A program made the position numbers and the translations under genes. DNA of 63,697 bases, filler included, from Lenisia limosa (lineage: Eukaryota; Protista; Breviatea), in NCBI GenBank assembly GCA_001655205.1. It is 8 parts of 8 records of this genome, joined end to end, with 100 filler letters (N's around TTAATTAATTAA, not from the genome) between each part and the next. Parts side by side here need not be neighbours in the genome. Positions count along the whole stretch, not along the records: positions 20,950 to 27,657 come from LPNZ01011017.1; positions 27,758 to 33,852 come from LPNZ01003344.1; positions 33,953 to 46,108 come from LPNZ01009042.1; 5 more parts are not named here. One strand, 5' to 3'. Below the pieces are notes generated by a model, which worked only from the letters and a program-made list of their open reading frames with translations, had not been told where the DNA came from and did not search any database. Shown one piece after another: positions 21,060 through 34,380 of this stretch; the stretch's first letter is position 1; each line of letters starts with the position of its first letter.

Positions 21060-24000
21060 CGGCCGACTTTGATAGGAACGATGTCGCTTTGTCGATGCCT
21101 GATTCGTACAAACCTGCAGAATTAAATAAAATGTCTTTTGTCATGGGTTTACAAGCTGTTTCTGGCACAAACACCAAATCACCAATTTACTGAAAGTGCA
21201 TGGTATCAAAAATCACCTTGTTATTGAAGGTGCATGCAAAATGCTTTGACAATATACACACACAATGATTGTGTATCCTAAGATACAGTGACCAGGATAA
21301 GTCTTGACCGATTTTCCTTGAAAAATCAGAGAGTAAATCGGACAAGTCTTATCCCGGTCACTTTATATTATAAACTTACACGATCCCCCCTCTCACTTGA
21401 GACCTGCTGTGCCGAAAGGAGCTCGTCAAAGAAGATTGCTGAGCCCATCTGGCCTATCCAAGGCCGCCCTGAGGCGGTAACGGTTGGATAATTTATGTAA
21501 CAAAAAAGCCCAAATCAGCTCTCTGACAACACACGAGGGTTGGCAGCAACAAACAAACAAAGTCCAGGCCAGTCGCTTCTGCAGCACGGCATTCCATCGG
21601 TGAAATTATGAGACGGAGGATTGATGATGGGATTTTGAGGGAGGATGATGATTTAGTGTACTAGGGGGGGGGGGGGNNNNNNNNNNNNNNNNNNNNNNNN
21701 NNNNNNNNNNNNNNNNNNNNNNNNNNNNNNNNNNNNNNNNNNNNNNNNNNNNNNNNNNNNNNNNNNNNNNNATAGAAGTAAGGGTCCTTTTCACGAACCA
21801 AATAATTAGAAAAGAAGATCCCCACCGTTCCTATCACGGTCGGGGTGTGTGCCACCAATGCTGTTATAACATGGCGGTTCGTTGAAAGAGGGGTACTTCA
21901 GTGACGCACGAGACACTGCAATCCCGTTGATGTACACTTGAACCTGAAGGGCATATAGTAAGACTGGCCCAACAAGAACAACGGGAGAGAAGTTTATATC
22001 CCCCCCCCACCTCCGATACAGCCCACGGCACTCTTGACGACGATTGCGTGACAACAATATGGGTCCAAGATGACAGGCTGATCTGAGTGCCCTCAAGCCG
22101 CACACTGCTGAGTCAGAAGCTGGACCTATCTAAGCTTCATACTCCCCATCCCATTTTTACACACAGAGAAATTATAACTAGCAGGAGGTTTTCTCTTTTT
22201 ATGACAGGAGAATTTGCATCAAAAAAAAAAAGAAAAAAANNNNNNNNNNNNNNNNNNNNNNNNNNNNNNNNNNNNNNNNNNNNNNNNNNNNNNNNNNNNN
22301 NNNNNNNNNNNNNNNNNNNNNNNNNNNNNNNNNNNNNNNNNNNNNNNNNNNNNNNNNNNNNNNNNNNNNNNNNNNNNNNNNNNNNNNNNNNNNNNNNNNN
22401 NNNNNNNNNNNNNNNNNNNNNAGTGAAGATTGTGGATCATTGTATATGATATCATATTTCCATGTAGATTTTGAGTAATCAATTGGTAGGGCCGTCTAAT
22501 CTGCGGTGTTGTCCAAGCAGCTGCCCCCAACCTGCAGCAATTTTTGGAAAGCAGGGCACTTGGTGCATTGGAAGAAAGACCTCACCTGGGTGTATCGACT
22601 GTCCTGGCCGTCGTCAAGAAGGCTCTCTCTGTTCTTGGAGAAGCGGTTAAGCAGAGTTCGTCACGTGCCATACTATACATCCTCCCTACTCCAAACACTA
22701 TTATCTGCATCACTTTGACAGGAATTAAGTTTTGCCACTAGTGGTTTGTTTTTTTAACTTAATTAAAAGACGGACGGATTGCTTCAGGACTTCCTCGTTT
22801 GTTCTCCCAAGGATTGAAATATCCGGCCCAAACCTCCAGGTCGGCTTGGAGGTTAGGCCGGGTGACTTATTTTCACTTGCGGCCCTCATTTTTGCTTCAG
22901 ATTGCATATGCGGAGTCTTTTCTCCGGAGGCCTGTTGTTGAGGGTGCACTTCTCTCAGGAGATTACCCTCCTGATATTTCAAAGTTGCAACGAATCAAGT
23001 TAAACTAATAGACATATTATAATCGATAATTTGATTGTCATTCTGATATTTTTACCCTAAAGCGAATTCAACAATGGCGAGACTTTTGCCGTAACATCTC
23101 TCGTGAAGGTTTCTTTATTTATCCATTTTTATCCCCTTGTCTCTTGTTATAATTGGATTGAAGACAAAACGACCACCCGACCCAGACCCCGGCCCCTCCC
23201 CAGGCAGTCATCCTTTCGTTGACGTTTGTCTTACCTGTTCTCAATCAACGATGAATCTGCAGTCACTCCGGAACTTCTGAGGGTGGTCAGTATAGTATTA
23301 CCGAATCATGTTTTTTTTTCTTTTTTGATTGTTTTGAGACGAATGTGCTTGTTGTAAGAGACCCTGCCAAACCAAGCATTCTTTCGAGAAGAAAGTTGCC
23401 CTTCTCTTCAATGTAATGGCTTCAGTATTAATTGGGGATGTATAGACATTGCATGGCGGGTGGTGTCTTCATGAGTGAGATTTTCTGTATTTCCTGAGTA
23501 ATATCATATGATATGATATGATATTATATTTATGATTTAACCACTCATTGTTTTTCGATCAATGCTGGGAAAGCTGTGTGCACAGAGTTGTAATGCAAAT
23601 TATTGGGTGAATTAATATTATACTATAATCCAATATCTCTTANNNNNNNNNNNNNNNNNNNNNNNNNNNNNNNNNNNNNNNNNNNNNNNNNNNNATGCCA
23701 TGCACTAACTTGAGTATGACGATGGCGCCTTGCCGAATTTGGCTTTTGATGTGTAATTCCGATGATTGTCCACAGTCCCGACAGAGGACTCAGTCTGGTG
23801 TCCCCCCCATATGAAACCAGGGCCGGGACTACGGATAAGGTAGAGAATTTGTATTCGCTCATGCACAGCAAAATTGGTTCTTGTACCAAAAGAGTCTTTC
23901 TGGACACGATGCTCACATTTTGAGAATATATTATTTTACAGTCAGTCCCCATCAAGACTGGTACTTTGTTACCTCTCTTCGAACTATTTATCACCACATC

Positions 24001-27000
24001 CCACTAAGTGCATTACCAACTTGCAAGAAGCGCACTAAGGAGCAAGTCTCCACAAAATCCATGATCCCAAGGCAGTTCCATTCAGCTACAAAGTGATATG
24101 TTCTGACTTTTTGTTTTGTTCTCTATCTAGTATATTGTTTTTTTGGTAATATTGTGCTGTGATTGGCTTACATTTTGATTAAGGTACTGGCTTTTATGTG
24201 CTATATATCATAGTATGTTTTTTTCGGTGAGTGTGAGGGGATTTGTCTTAACTGATTCCAAATAGAGGAGAGTATTACTCAGTCATCACTTTTGATAATG
24301 GTAGCATTTCAGCTGGGGAGGCACGCAAATGATTGGTGAATTAATATGATACTTCCGTCAGATATAACCTTATGTTTTATTTCTCGTAGCTAAATTGCAC
24401 ACATGGTGCCACACACACAAAAACAAAAACAAAAATGACACAGTTGTCAAAAAAACAAACAAAAAAAACTATCATTCAGACATTTCGTCACATAAGTGTA
24501 AGACTTACAAATAAGCCACTTTTATACAGTTTCCTAGGGAATTTATATTAAGGGGGTCATGGCCCTGGGTATACTGTACACGTTGGTGTGGGTAATTACT
24601 CACTTTCTAGTGTAACACAGAATAGCCACATGTTCCATTTCATTTTAGTCTCGACAGACCCAAAGTTACTCCGTTAAAACTTACCCCCCCCCACCTTGAC
24701 AGGATGTTGTGCTGTTTTGAACGTACTATTGACAGTGAAGCTACTTCGGTTTACTGCGGTGAGTTGCGTTATTATTTTACGCATTATCTGTTGAACCCAC
24801 CTCCTGCAGTATGTTTTTATCTGATGTCACCTCAAAAGAGATAAGAAGCCTTATTGATTCAATGCTAAGACTTTGTCATAGCCACCAAGCGAGGTAGGCC
24901 AACTAAGTACTTGAATTTTCATCGTTTTAATGCACACATTTTACATGGTTTTACATCAAACGAACTTTTTGCACTGCTAACGTTGTAACCCACTGTCTGT
25001 TAGTTTATGCCGTATTTTAATTTTCCTTCTTGTTGGCAAAAAATACAGAATTATTTTGCAATCAAGTACAAAAACTCGAACATTTGAAGAGCTAAAAAAA
25101 AAACAAAGCAAAAAAACATAATAATTAGGGAAGTGGGGTCAAACACCCCTTCAGAACACATGGGGAAATTGAATCTTTCCCCCCAAAAAATGGTTAAGAG
25201 CAATGGTTAAGAACACAACCAATTTAGTACCAGAAAAAAAGAATCAAGAAAAAGACAAACACAAAGACAACGGGTGTTTTAGCACCAGTTCGGACAATTT
25301 GAGGCTGTCCCTCTCAGCACTCGTCAGTCCTATCACAGACCCAATCCACGGCCCGACCTGAACGTCCTTCCGGATTTGGTAAGAGAAGCGACGCGGATCG
25401 ACAGGCTTTGTGTCAATGAACACTCCAGTCCTGTGCCATCCTGGGGGACATGAGAAACAAAACACGGGAGGAGTGTCTGGTCAACGCTGTCAATTCCATC
25501 ACGGTATAGTGTTATTAATGTACCCAATCATTTGCCTTAAAGCTTTTATGTGTGCCTCCTCAACATACGGATACTCTTAAATATTATATTAAGGGAATAA
25601 ATTCGTACTATATCATTGTATTAAATATAACCCATATCCACTGGTGATATGATCATATGACCGACTTTCGAGTCGAAATGATGAACGAAGATTACACGAG
25701 GGTGTATCCCGAGATTATCAGAGTATCATTGACACTTGTCGGTCAATTATCATACGAGTGGATGTGAGGTATTATATATGTATTAAAAGAATACCCTGCC
25801 ATAACATTGGGTTAAATATTCAATACCAGCAAAAAGTGTATATAATAGGACAGTAGGATTACGCCCCGTACCTTGGCGAAGAAAGCGAACAGGGTGGGGG
25901 CAAGGACCTCAGTGGGTTGGGCCTGGCCCGGCATAGGGGAGGCACTGAGGGACTCCACTCGGATCCACCTGTCACATGACACACAGATGGGTATTATTGG
26001 TATTTCCTGAATCAACACATTTATCATTTTTGTTCTCACTGACATATCCCGAAAATATTGGTAAAAAAAAAACAAATGCGACTACTACTGAAGAAAAAAA
26101 AAAGGTTGAGAGGTAGGGTGCTACCGTTTTCGAATACTGTCAATAAATCATCAGCAGAACTGACATACCCTGAGAAGGAGTAGCCCTTTCCCTGTGGCCA
26201 CACAAGGGGTGGAGGAATAACCGCTGCAGCCGTCCCCGTGAAGGACCAGTAGTATGACGGCATCGGTGCGGCAGCCATGGAGCGGATGGCCTTGATGACA
26301 CGAGAGGAAATGGCGGGGCGCGTGCCAGCTGCGTCACACTTGGGGGGTCAATTATACGTATATCATATGTAAACTATGTACAGTGACCGGGATAAGTCTT
26401 GACCTATTTTCCTTGGGAAATCATATCCAATCGGTGGACTGTGCATATGATATATGCATATAGTATACATAGTATACTAAATGTAACTAATATATCACAC
26501 AGCTACTTAGTATATAATATTAAAACTATATCATATGCATATATGATGATATTAAAACTATATAATATATCAAATAGCTACTTATGTGATATTAAAACTA
26601 ATCAAATAGCTACTTATATGATATTACAACTATAACATAGAGCTACTTATATGATATTAAAACTATATCAAATGGCTACTTTATGACACTAAAACTAATC
26701 ACATGGCTACTTAAAAAGTTCTCCCATGGGGGGTGGGGGTATATGAATAATTGGTTTACAAAGAGCAATCATGGAGAGAAGAGATTAGAGCTTCGCTTTC
26801 GGTTCCAAGAACGACTGAATTTTTCATTTAATCCTCAATAAATACCGATATTTTATCCGCCTTTTGGAACCGAAAGTGAAGCTCCACAAGCGATGATTGA
26901 CTCACTTTTAGGAGCATGAAGATTCTCTTCAATTCACGGACTTGTATGCTTAAGGAGCCAACTTCCTCCTGCAATGGTTAACGTGATGGTATGTGACAAA

Positions 27001-27455
27001 ATCTTTTCAACACCCCGAGTTGATTTTAGGCTTATTTTTTTACATAAATTTTCCAATTCTACCCCCCCCCCCTACCAATAATCTTNNNNNNNNNNNNNNN
27101 NNNNNNNNNNNNNNNNNNNNNNNNNNNNNNNNNNNNNNNNNNNNNNNNNNNNNNNNNNNNNNNNNNNNNNAGAAGCTGATCTGCGATTCCCGCCAGAATT
27201 TTAGCCCTGCTGACAACGTCTCTATTGGCTACGCTCCCCGAAAGCAGCGTCACAAATCGCTTGAGGGTGGACTTCTAAAAGGATGAAAACAAGATCAAAA
27301 TGACACAATCATGATCTGAGAGCAAAAGCGGTATTAACACATTAACACGCAACCAACCCTCCGCCCACCTGCACAGAGACGCTCATGAGGGGAAGCAAGT
27401 CGATGAGCACCACAATTGCCTCACCAGTCTGCAGCATCGGCGGCCTCAATTCCGC
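21060..27455 (-). CDS. BEACH-family (NBEA/NBEAL/Lvs-like) protein, N-terminal armadillo plus ConA/LamG region
   Basis: AIVVLIDLLPLMSVSVQ; LLSGSVANRDVVSRA; VGSLSIQVRELKRIF; YYWSFTG..PPLVWPQGKGYSFS|WIRVE..PTLFAFFAK|DGTGLE; SWTHIVVTQ..SE|VQVYING..SLKYPSFNEPPCYNSIGG; GQMGSAIFFDELLSAQQV. These match hallmark segments of the family. The BEACH domain itself is not in the window. Confidence 0.8.
21286..21363. mobile_element. Tc1/mariner-like MITE family A, full length
   Basis: TA|CAGTGACCAGGATAAGTCTTGACCGATTT...AAATCGGACAAGTCTTATCCCGGTCACTT|TA. Confidence 0.9.
22490..25000 (+). CDS. Putative opposite-strand exons nested in a long BEACH-gene intron
   Basis: Open segments with plus-strand splice signals: GRLICGVVQAAAPNLQQFLESRALGALEE.. 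(~22491-22670), GLPRLFSQGLKYPAQ.. (~22787-23008), donors GTAATT ~24591, GTGAGT ~24760, GTAGGC ~24894. Confidence 0.35.
26381..26435. mobile_element. MITE family A, truncated
   Basis: TA|CAGTGACCGGGATAAGTCTTGACCTATTTT...AATCGGT. Confidence 0.75.
26520..26715. repeat. Degenerate ~33-bp AT-rich tandem repeat
   Basis: ATATGATATTAAAACTATATCAAATAGCTACTT-like unit, about 5-6 copies. Confidence 0.75.
26786..26886. mobile_element. hAT-like MITE family B
   Basis: TAGAGCTTCGCTTTCGGTTCCAA...TTGGAACCGAAAGTGAAGCTCCA; flanks GAAGAGAT/CAAGCGAT (6/8 TSD match). Confidence 0.8.
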
Positions 27456-27500
27456 CATCCCGCCGGCCTGGGGGGGGATAAGTTGGAGTGGAAAATTTAG

Positions 27501-27657
27501 ATAAAAAACAACTCTGTTGGCTAACACACGAGGGTTAAAAACAACTCTGTTGGCTAACACACGAGGGTTAAAAACAACTCTGTTGGCTAACACACGGGGG
27601 TTAAAAACAACTCTGTTGGCTAACACACGAGGGTTAAAAACAACTCTGTTGGCTAAC
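27501..27657. repeat. 33-bp minisatellite, at least 4.5 copies, runs into a gap
   Basis: AAAAACAACTCTGTTGGCTAACACACGAGGGTT repeated; a related single copy lies at ~21503-21543. Confidence 0.95.
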
Positions 27658-27899
27658 NNNNNNNNNNNNNNNNNNNNNNNNNNNNNNNNNNNNNNNNNNN
27701 NTTAATTAATTAANNNNNNNNNNNNNNNNNNNNNNNNNNNNNNNNNNNNNNNNNNNNTATTTAGTTTTGATTGTGTTTGCCGCCCCCTTTTTGAAGGGTG
27801 GACATTGGGGTTGGTCGCTTCTCTTTCCTTTTATCACCCAACATTCTTTCTCATTTCATTCTCTTTTTAATTTCTTCTTTTCGAATGCACTGTCTCACT

Positions 27900-28616
27900 T
27901 GTCTTAGGGTGCACTGGTTGCTCTCTGGGCAACTCTAGCCTACCCCATTCGTCTCGGTGGTGTGATCTGCGTGAGAGACTTACTCCCAAACATCATTGTC
28001 ACTCTTGATGAGAAGAAAAGGCCGCAGCAACTGAGGAAACAGAAAGCCGCAGTGGGGGGGGGATACTCCCTTGCTCTATGCCTTGACTTTACGAAAGAGA
28101 TGTTTTAAAGGTCCAATCAAGGATAGAATACCATACCATGAGCACAATACCAAATAATAAAAAAAGTGGTGTGGTATTGCGCACACCGGATGAGTACTCC
28201 AAAACGCTCAAGCACAAATACATACTCATTACATTCTCCAGTATTAAAACTCTTCAGCCCACCCCTCTTCTTTATTTGGTTGGTCGAAATGATGAAAGAA
28301 TCCCCCAGAAATTGGCAGAATCGCACGTGAGGGCCTCACCAACTTATTCATTATTTACCCTTTAGTTCTACTATTTGCGAGACAGCTTCAAAAATAGTCA
28401 CCCAACTATGTCAGATGTTTTTATGCACGTATCAGACGCGAAGCATGAAATGATTGCATCCGAAGAAGAGATGAGAGAAGTTATGTCGTTCTTATCTGAG
28501 TAAGCTACCCATCACTACCACTTACTTTTAGACGAATGCACAGAAGGCTGATTGCTCTCGAAGACAATCCTGAGTTTATTGAAGTCGCACCTGGAGATGT
28601 TGTCCAAGAATCATGA
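27900..28616 (+). CDS. Alpha/beta-hydrolase, C-terminal exons
   Basis: TPLLYLVGRNDERIP (acid loop) and VSDAKHEMIASEEEMREVMSFL (catalytic His loop); stop TGA ~28614. Confidence 0.6.
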
Positions 28617-29249
28617 AAACTAAGCCAAAGAATTAAATTGTTTCAAGTTGAAATGGGGTCACCTCCCCCAACTGAACCTGTGTTGTCAAATCAGAAAAAA
28701 TACATCAACTATTATACAAATCTAGCTTTTCATGAGAGAAACATAGCAATGTTGTAAATTGTTGCTAAAAATATTGAAAAGAAAACAACGTCTAAAATGG
28801 TAAACAGAAGAGGGCAAGTATGTGTATCCTACCGACAAGGATCTTTTCCCAATTATCAAGGGTGAAGGTCCCGGTTTCCAGGCGATATCTCAGCCAAAGG
28901 TCACTAAACGTCATATTGCTGTTGAACGGCGCGTCTGCACTGCAAGAAGGCTCTTCTACCGGTCGGTATGATGAATTATTGTCGTATTAGGATAAATTCT
29001 CTTAAAAACTGCAAATACGAGAATGATAACAAATAAAAATAACGTCAATATGGGTAATAATCACCAGGAAGAGGTTGATGATTGAAGTTGGATTGTTTAT
29101 TATACATGCTAAAATCGTAATACACCGAATTGACTAGAATTTAAAAGTGTCGCTCTTCGTCTTCTCTCACCTTCTATATGTTTTAATTTCATATATAATA
29201 GTATTTAATAGCAACAAGAGAAATTTTCTCCATTTCCCTCTTCTTTTCT

Positions 29250-32200
29250 TGTGATGTTTCCCTCATTAGTCATCTCAACTGCCTCGTTGGGATTTGGTGA
29301 AATTGCAGTTAATCCTTCTCAGCATGCCAAGTCTTCAAATCATTCAAGATACGCCATTGTTGTATTCAAGGGAATCAAGTAAGACATCTTTTTTCAACTT
29401 TTCTTATTTCATAATATGCTGCAAAAGAGTGTTATTTGACCACTGTCAAGGGAACAGTTTCTGCTTGAAGCAGTCAGAAATGAGAAAATCCCAGTTGGCA
29501 CTTTTGTGATCCATGATACCACCATGAAAGCCATCCAGAACCTTGATACCAGGGTCAGACCCGAAGTCGAGTCATACAATCAACCTGAGCTTGGTTGGTC
29601 AAAATCAGATGGTTTTAACTTTTCCCGGGTTTTTTATTTGTTTTCTTCCGGTGTTCTTCTCTTTTAACGTTTTAGGATCTTACACCACCGGATGTCATGC
29701 ACCTCCTCATCTTGTGCTCTCAAAAGAGGTATTTGTGAGGATACTCTACTGGTAGTAAAATATATATTTGAGCTAACACATACCTCCTCTTCACTGTTCT
29801 CATTTGGCTATATCATATTTGTAGCCCCCTTTTTTTTTTGACCAAAAACTGAAGGGTTACGATAAATAACAATTAAAATTTATTCAGATCATGAGAAGTA
29901 AAAGTAGAAAAGGATTTTGACATGCAACCTCTTGACTTATAAAATGTGTAGGTTGTTCAAGGAGCCTTCCACCCACTTTCAACTGGCCAGTTCATTTGTA
30001 TTCCCTCTGTATCAGGTTGGAGGTACTAAATCTTTTTATCTTTGATAGCGTGCGTCGCTCTTTTGTGTGTGTCTTTAAAAGTGGAATGCCTTCAACACAT
30101 ATCATGTGCCATTTTCCTCGAAATATTCTCTCCTCTGAATCTATGAATCTCCTAACAATATAGAATCCGAGCCCGAGCCAAGTGTTATGGTGAGAGGGAT
30201 TTTGACGTTTATAAAGACCGTTTAATCTGCGTTGTTAATAGTGTTTATCTTGGAATTATATTGAAAGGACAAGTTTGGGAGCATAAGAAAGACTCTTATC
30301 ATTGTTTAGGGCACGCTTAGATCACATATGATCGTTCCCACCACTCAATTTGTTTCAGATCTTCCCGCCTATATTCCTTCAAGGTAATTCAAATGACCAC
30401 ATTTAACTGCATATCTTCTGTGTAAAGGCTACGTGTTGTTTTCAGTGTATAGTCATAATATATAATTATATTAAATGTATCGATGCATCATTTTGAAGCG
30501 AAATTGAAACCGAGCGAAACTATGCCTTCTGACATTTCGCAGCCAAGACGAATTGTCTCCTCAGGATGTTGCCTTAGTTGACACTTATCATGATGATCTC
30601 AAGAGAGCTTTTCGTAGGCATTAGTTTTTTTTCCACGGTCACTCTCCAAACTCATTGCCATTCTCATTTTCCTTAACGCTCCAGTACCCCTGAAACAATC
30701 TGTGCAATCCAATGAAAGCGGAATTCGCTCCGTTGCCTTGTCTTCAATTCCTAAATCCGGAACATCAAATCTCCTGAGGTTTGTTGATGCAATATTGATT
30801 GGACCAATTATTTTTGGTATTCCTATGTATTCTTTTTTGTATCTTACTAAATATCATATTTTCTTGTCAATCTTCGTTTGACACACCAGGATAATGTCAG
30901 AGAGAGGGATACCGATTGAAACTGGACCCTTGCGTCGTCCACAGCCCCAGAAAACCCCTATTAATCTTGTCACCGCTGCAGGTATGTGCCTGATAGGACT
31001 TCAACCGTGTTCGAAAAGACTACTCCATAAAATTTCGAGGATTATCAAGGATTCAGTTTTGTTTTTGGAAACGAAGCAACTATTACATACTCTATCATAT
31101 GATATATTGTTGTCTATAATCTATAATTATATAGCATATCATATAATATATCATATACTGCATCGATATGTGTCAAGCCCTTAGAACTTGTGAAGGCGGC
31201 TTCGAGAGCTGATGATATGAACCTTGATGTTGGAACTGCTATTCAAAAGACACTCGGGATGACTTCTGTAGGGGGGCTTTGTCTAGGTGTATGGATTGTG
31301 GAAATAATATAGTAGTATGATGTTATAGTATATTATATTGCAAATCATATCGTATGCAAATATGAGAGAATGAAAAATAAAATCAGTTTTTTACCGATTT
31401 AGAAAACGATTACGGTTGTTGAAGATGTACGGTTTCTTTTGACAACTTTGCCTCTGTAAGCCAACTTTTTGATGAAAAGGGCTCTCTTCTCCCCTTCCCC
31501 GACATTATATTTCGTGGTATTGGTGATATTATATTATAATATTTTATATGTGGTCCTTGGTAATATTCCATGAGCTTTACTGCAAACAAGTAAATACTTG
31601 AATGCAATTCGATCCTATACAGCATACATAATATATGGTCCAGTGATCGCTTTAGGGAAGATGGTTTTTCAGAAGTAATCGTAAAGGCACTCAAAAAGGC
31701 AGTAGCAAGAGCCAATAATGGAGATGTTAGTGGGGGTTTCAAGATTTTGGAGCTGATGAAAGATTTTTTCTCAATCAGTAGTCTTCCAGTACTAGTTTGA
31801 GGTTACCTCACTACTTAGGGAGCGATTGTGCTGTGCTGCCAAAAAACAAAGAAGCAGGAGGTTTGATGCGGTTTATCAATCCTTATTTATACTGATAGAG
31901 TGAAGCCATTTTAACAAATTCAGCTCAAAATGATCTCTATGGGTGTCAACAAAGTAATATCTCTGCAAAATCTGTCTACAACCGCTCAGCACAAACTGCT
32001 TCAAGCTTGTTTGGGAGAAAGCCTGTCTTCTGAAATGAAGAAGGTCGTGAAGGAGGTGAGGGAATACTGCTTGTTTCTGCCCGGTGGGAAGTTGTAAAGC
32101 CGTGTGACTTGTTTATGATATCATCACTATCACTCTCATCACCATCATTACCATCATCATCATCAACACCATCATCATCATCCAACTGTGTCTTACAATA

Positions 32201-33630
32201 TTTGAGGCAACTCTTTTTTGACTCATTTAGCACATGAAGAAATTCCAATTTGGGGATATCCGTCTTGTTGCTTCTTCTATGAAAGGTAAACGCAAATACT
32301 GTTTACTCATGAAACAAAGTCCATGTTTAATTAGTCAGCTAACATAATAAAAACTGATCACGTACATATTTATGATATGATATCTTACAGCAGTTTCAAT
32401 GTAATTATAGCAGAAACGGCGACACATGGTGTATTTTTAGTAAAAAGCTGAAGCAAGGAGCAAAATAAAATCTAATATTTATTTATACCTTCAGTGCATT
32501 CTGCGGATGATCTTCTACATGCAGTAAAGAAAACAGCCGCAGAATCAGAGCGATTATCCCTCAAAAAGAAAACGTGAGAATCTTCCCTCTTTTCCTGTTT
32601 TTGTGTGTTTCATAAATTAATCATTCCATTCAACACCCCTGACCGTTACAGTAAGCTCGTGAAAGAGTTCATGACCCTCGAAGATTTTGTTGGGTTTGTG
32701 GGGGATTTGAGCTTCACTGCGGGTTGTGATAATACACTTATTGAAGTGTTATCAATATTTTTGGGATTGGAAAGAACCCATGAGGATTGTGACAACTAGG
32801 GCTTCACACTTCACTTCGGTTTGAAAAAGACCGGTAAATTATCGATAGTTTTCGAGGATTTATCGAGAAATTCAGTCTTTTTTTCAATCGAAATGAAGCC
32901 CTAGTGACAACCCAATGAAATGCTGTGGTGTGAGGGAGTTGCCGTCTCCAGGTCCTCAAAAGACAATTTTGATCATAGTCTTTCAAAAATCGGTATTTTT
33001 GTCTCTTTCAAAACAAAACTGCATTCACATTTATGTTTCCAGGTATCAGGAAGAGTGTCAAAAAATTGAAAAGGCATATCGAAGTACATCAGCAGATATT
33101 AAGGCCATGGTAGGTCAAACTCAGTTTTCTCTCCATTGATACCACTCCCATTATTTTAGCCCACCTTTACTCCCATTTTAGCCCACCTTTACTCCCATTT
33201 TAGCTCACCTTTACTCCCATTTTAGCCCACCTTTACTCCCATTTTAGCGAAACTTTACTGACACTATAGACCCGCCTTGGCATTTCTCCGTCATCCGGGA
33301 TCCTGGTGTTCGGTCCCGCAGGTTTGCTTGTTTCTTGGATCTTGAGAAGGTGGAACATAATGAAACGGTGTTATGGAAAGATGTGGTCATTGTTTTACAC
33401 TACTCTCCTGTGCTTTCCAGAGCGTGATATCTTTTCAAACACAAATGGCAGGTGGTGAACTGAAAATGAGAAATGATTTATTATGTGCGATATAACTATT
33501 GTCCTATCACACCAGTTGATTATCTTACTGTCAAGGCTCTGGCAAATCTCATGTTGTGGATGCAATTGTCAACAAAAACTCCCAAACTTCAGTATTCAGA
33601 GTTTCTGGTAGGTACATATTTCTTGGTGTT
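29250..33630 (+). CDS. Large multi-exon gene (or two genes) ending in an AAA+ ATPase domain; truncated by a gap
   Basis: TRLGISPSSGILVFGPA|GSGKSHVVDAIV (spliced Walker A, ~33271 and ~33536), typical of CDC48/PEX/NVL-type AAA domains. Many upstream GT-AG exons; subfamily not assigned. Confidence 0.6.
32797..32903. mobile_element. hAT-like MITE family B with perfect 8-bp TSD
   Basis: GTGACAAC|TAGGGCTTCAC...TGAAGCCCTA|GTGACAAC. Confidence 0.92.
33152..33248. repeat. 22-bp tandem repeat, ~4.5 copies, intronic
   Basis: TTTTAGCCCACCTTTACTCCCA repeated. Confidence 0.9.
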
Positions 33631-33954
33631 ATTATTGACATTTCCGTCGTTTTACTCCCCCCCCCCCTCATATCCTGTTTTGTTGACTCGTTCACTTTTT
33701 CATTTTTTATTTCTGGAAACAGTCCTGAGTGTTAGTTTTGATGCCGCTTATGTCACATCACTGGATTCTGTTCACCTTGCTGTATTTTTCACACTTATTA
33801 ACATATCATATGATACTGTGCGTTTTTAATTGCATTTCACTCTTATTGTTCANNNNNNNNNNNNNNNNNNNNNNNNNNNNNNNNNNNNNNNNNNNNTTAA
33901 TTAATTAANNNNNNNNNNNNNNNNNNNNNNNNNNNNNNNNNNNNNNNNNNNNTG

Positions 33955-34380
33955 TTTCAATGGGCTTTGAGATGCGGTCAAGAATTGAAGACAATTTTGA
34001 CTTGAACGCCCCCCGAAGGTGACAAGATCGAGTGGTTGGGTGCCGTGAGAAGTGTGGGAAGGGAGAAGGAAGAGGATTATGTTCTCCTCAGCCAAGATAT
34101 CGAGAGCAGCAGGGGTGAGCCGAGAGGTGTGGCCGTTGGTGAGCAGAAGAGCAGGAGCATCAACAGGAAGAGAACCATTTTGGCGAGTACTTCTGAACAA
34201 AAAAAGAAAAGAAAAAAGAAAATAGCTCATACTTGGATTCGAACCCTTGTGGGGAGATTTGACGCTGTTGCTGGCCATGTTGCTGTTGTTATTGACGCTA
34301 AAGAGAGTTATATAAGGCCATATGTTACGGAATAACCTACTTCTGCTTTGTAGGTCACTCCTTGAAGGTCCGTTCTAATG
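33955..34380 (-). mobile_element. pogo/Tigger (DDE_1) transposase fragment, probably inactive
   Basis: ALLLTNGHTSR..EENIILFLLPSHTSHGTQPLDLVTFG matches the DDE_1 LDGHxSH..LPxHTSH..QPLD motif, with N in place of the second Asp. Apparent intron GTATGA..TTCAG at ~34190-34232. Confidence 0.85.

Noticed and set aside
27342-27705. LANRVVFNPRV / LANTRGLKTT repeat proteins; CRISPR-like appearance
   Set aside because: 33-bp head-to-tail minisatellite without unique spacers, inside a BEACH intron.
34225-34262. GGTTCGAATCC B-box suggesting a tRNA or SINE
   Set aside because: T-stem does not pair, no 5' half or A-box was found, and it overlaps the exon/donor of the pogo fragment.
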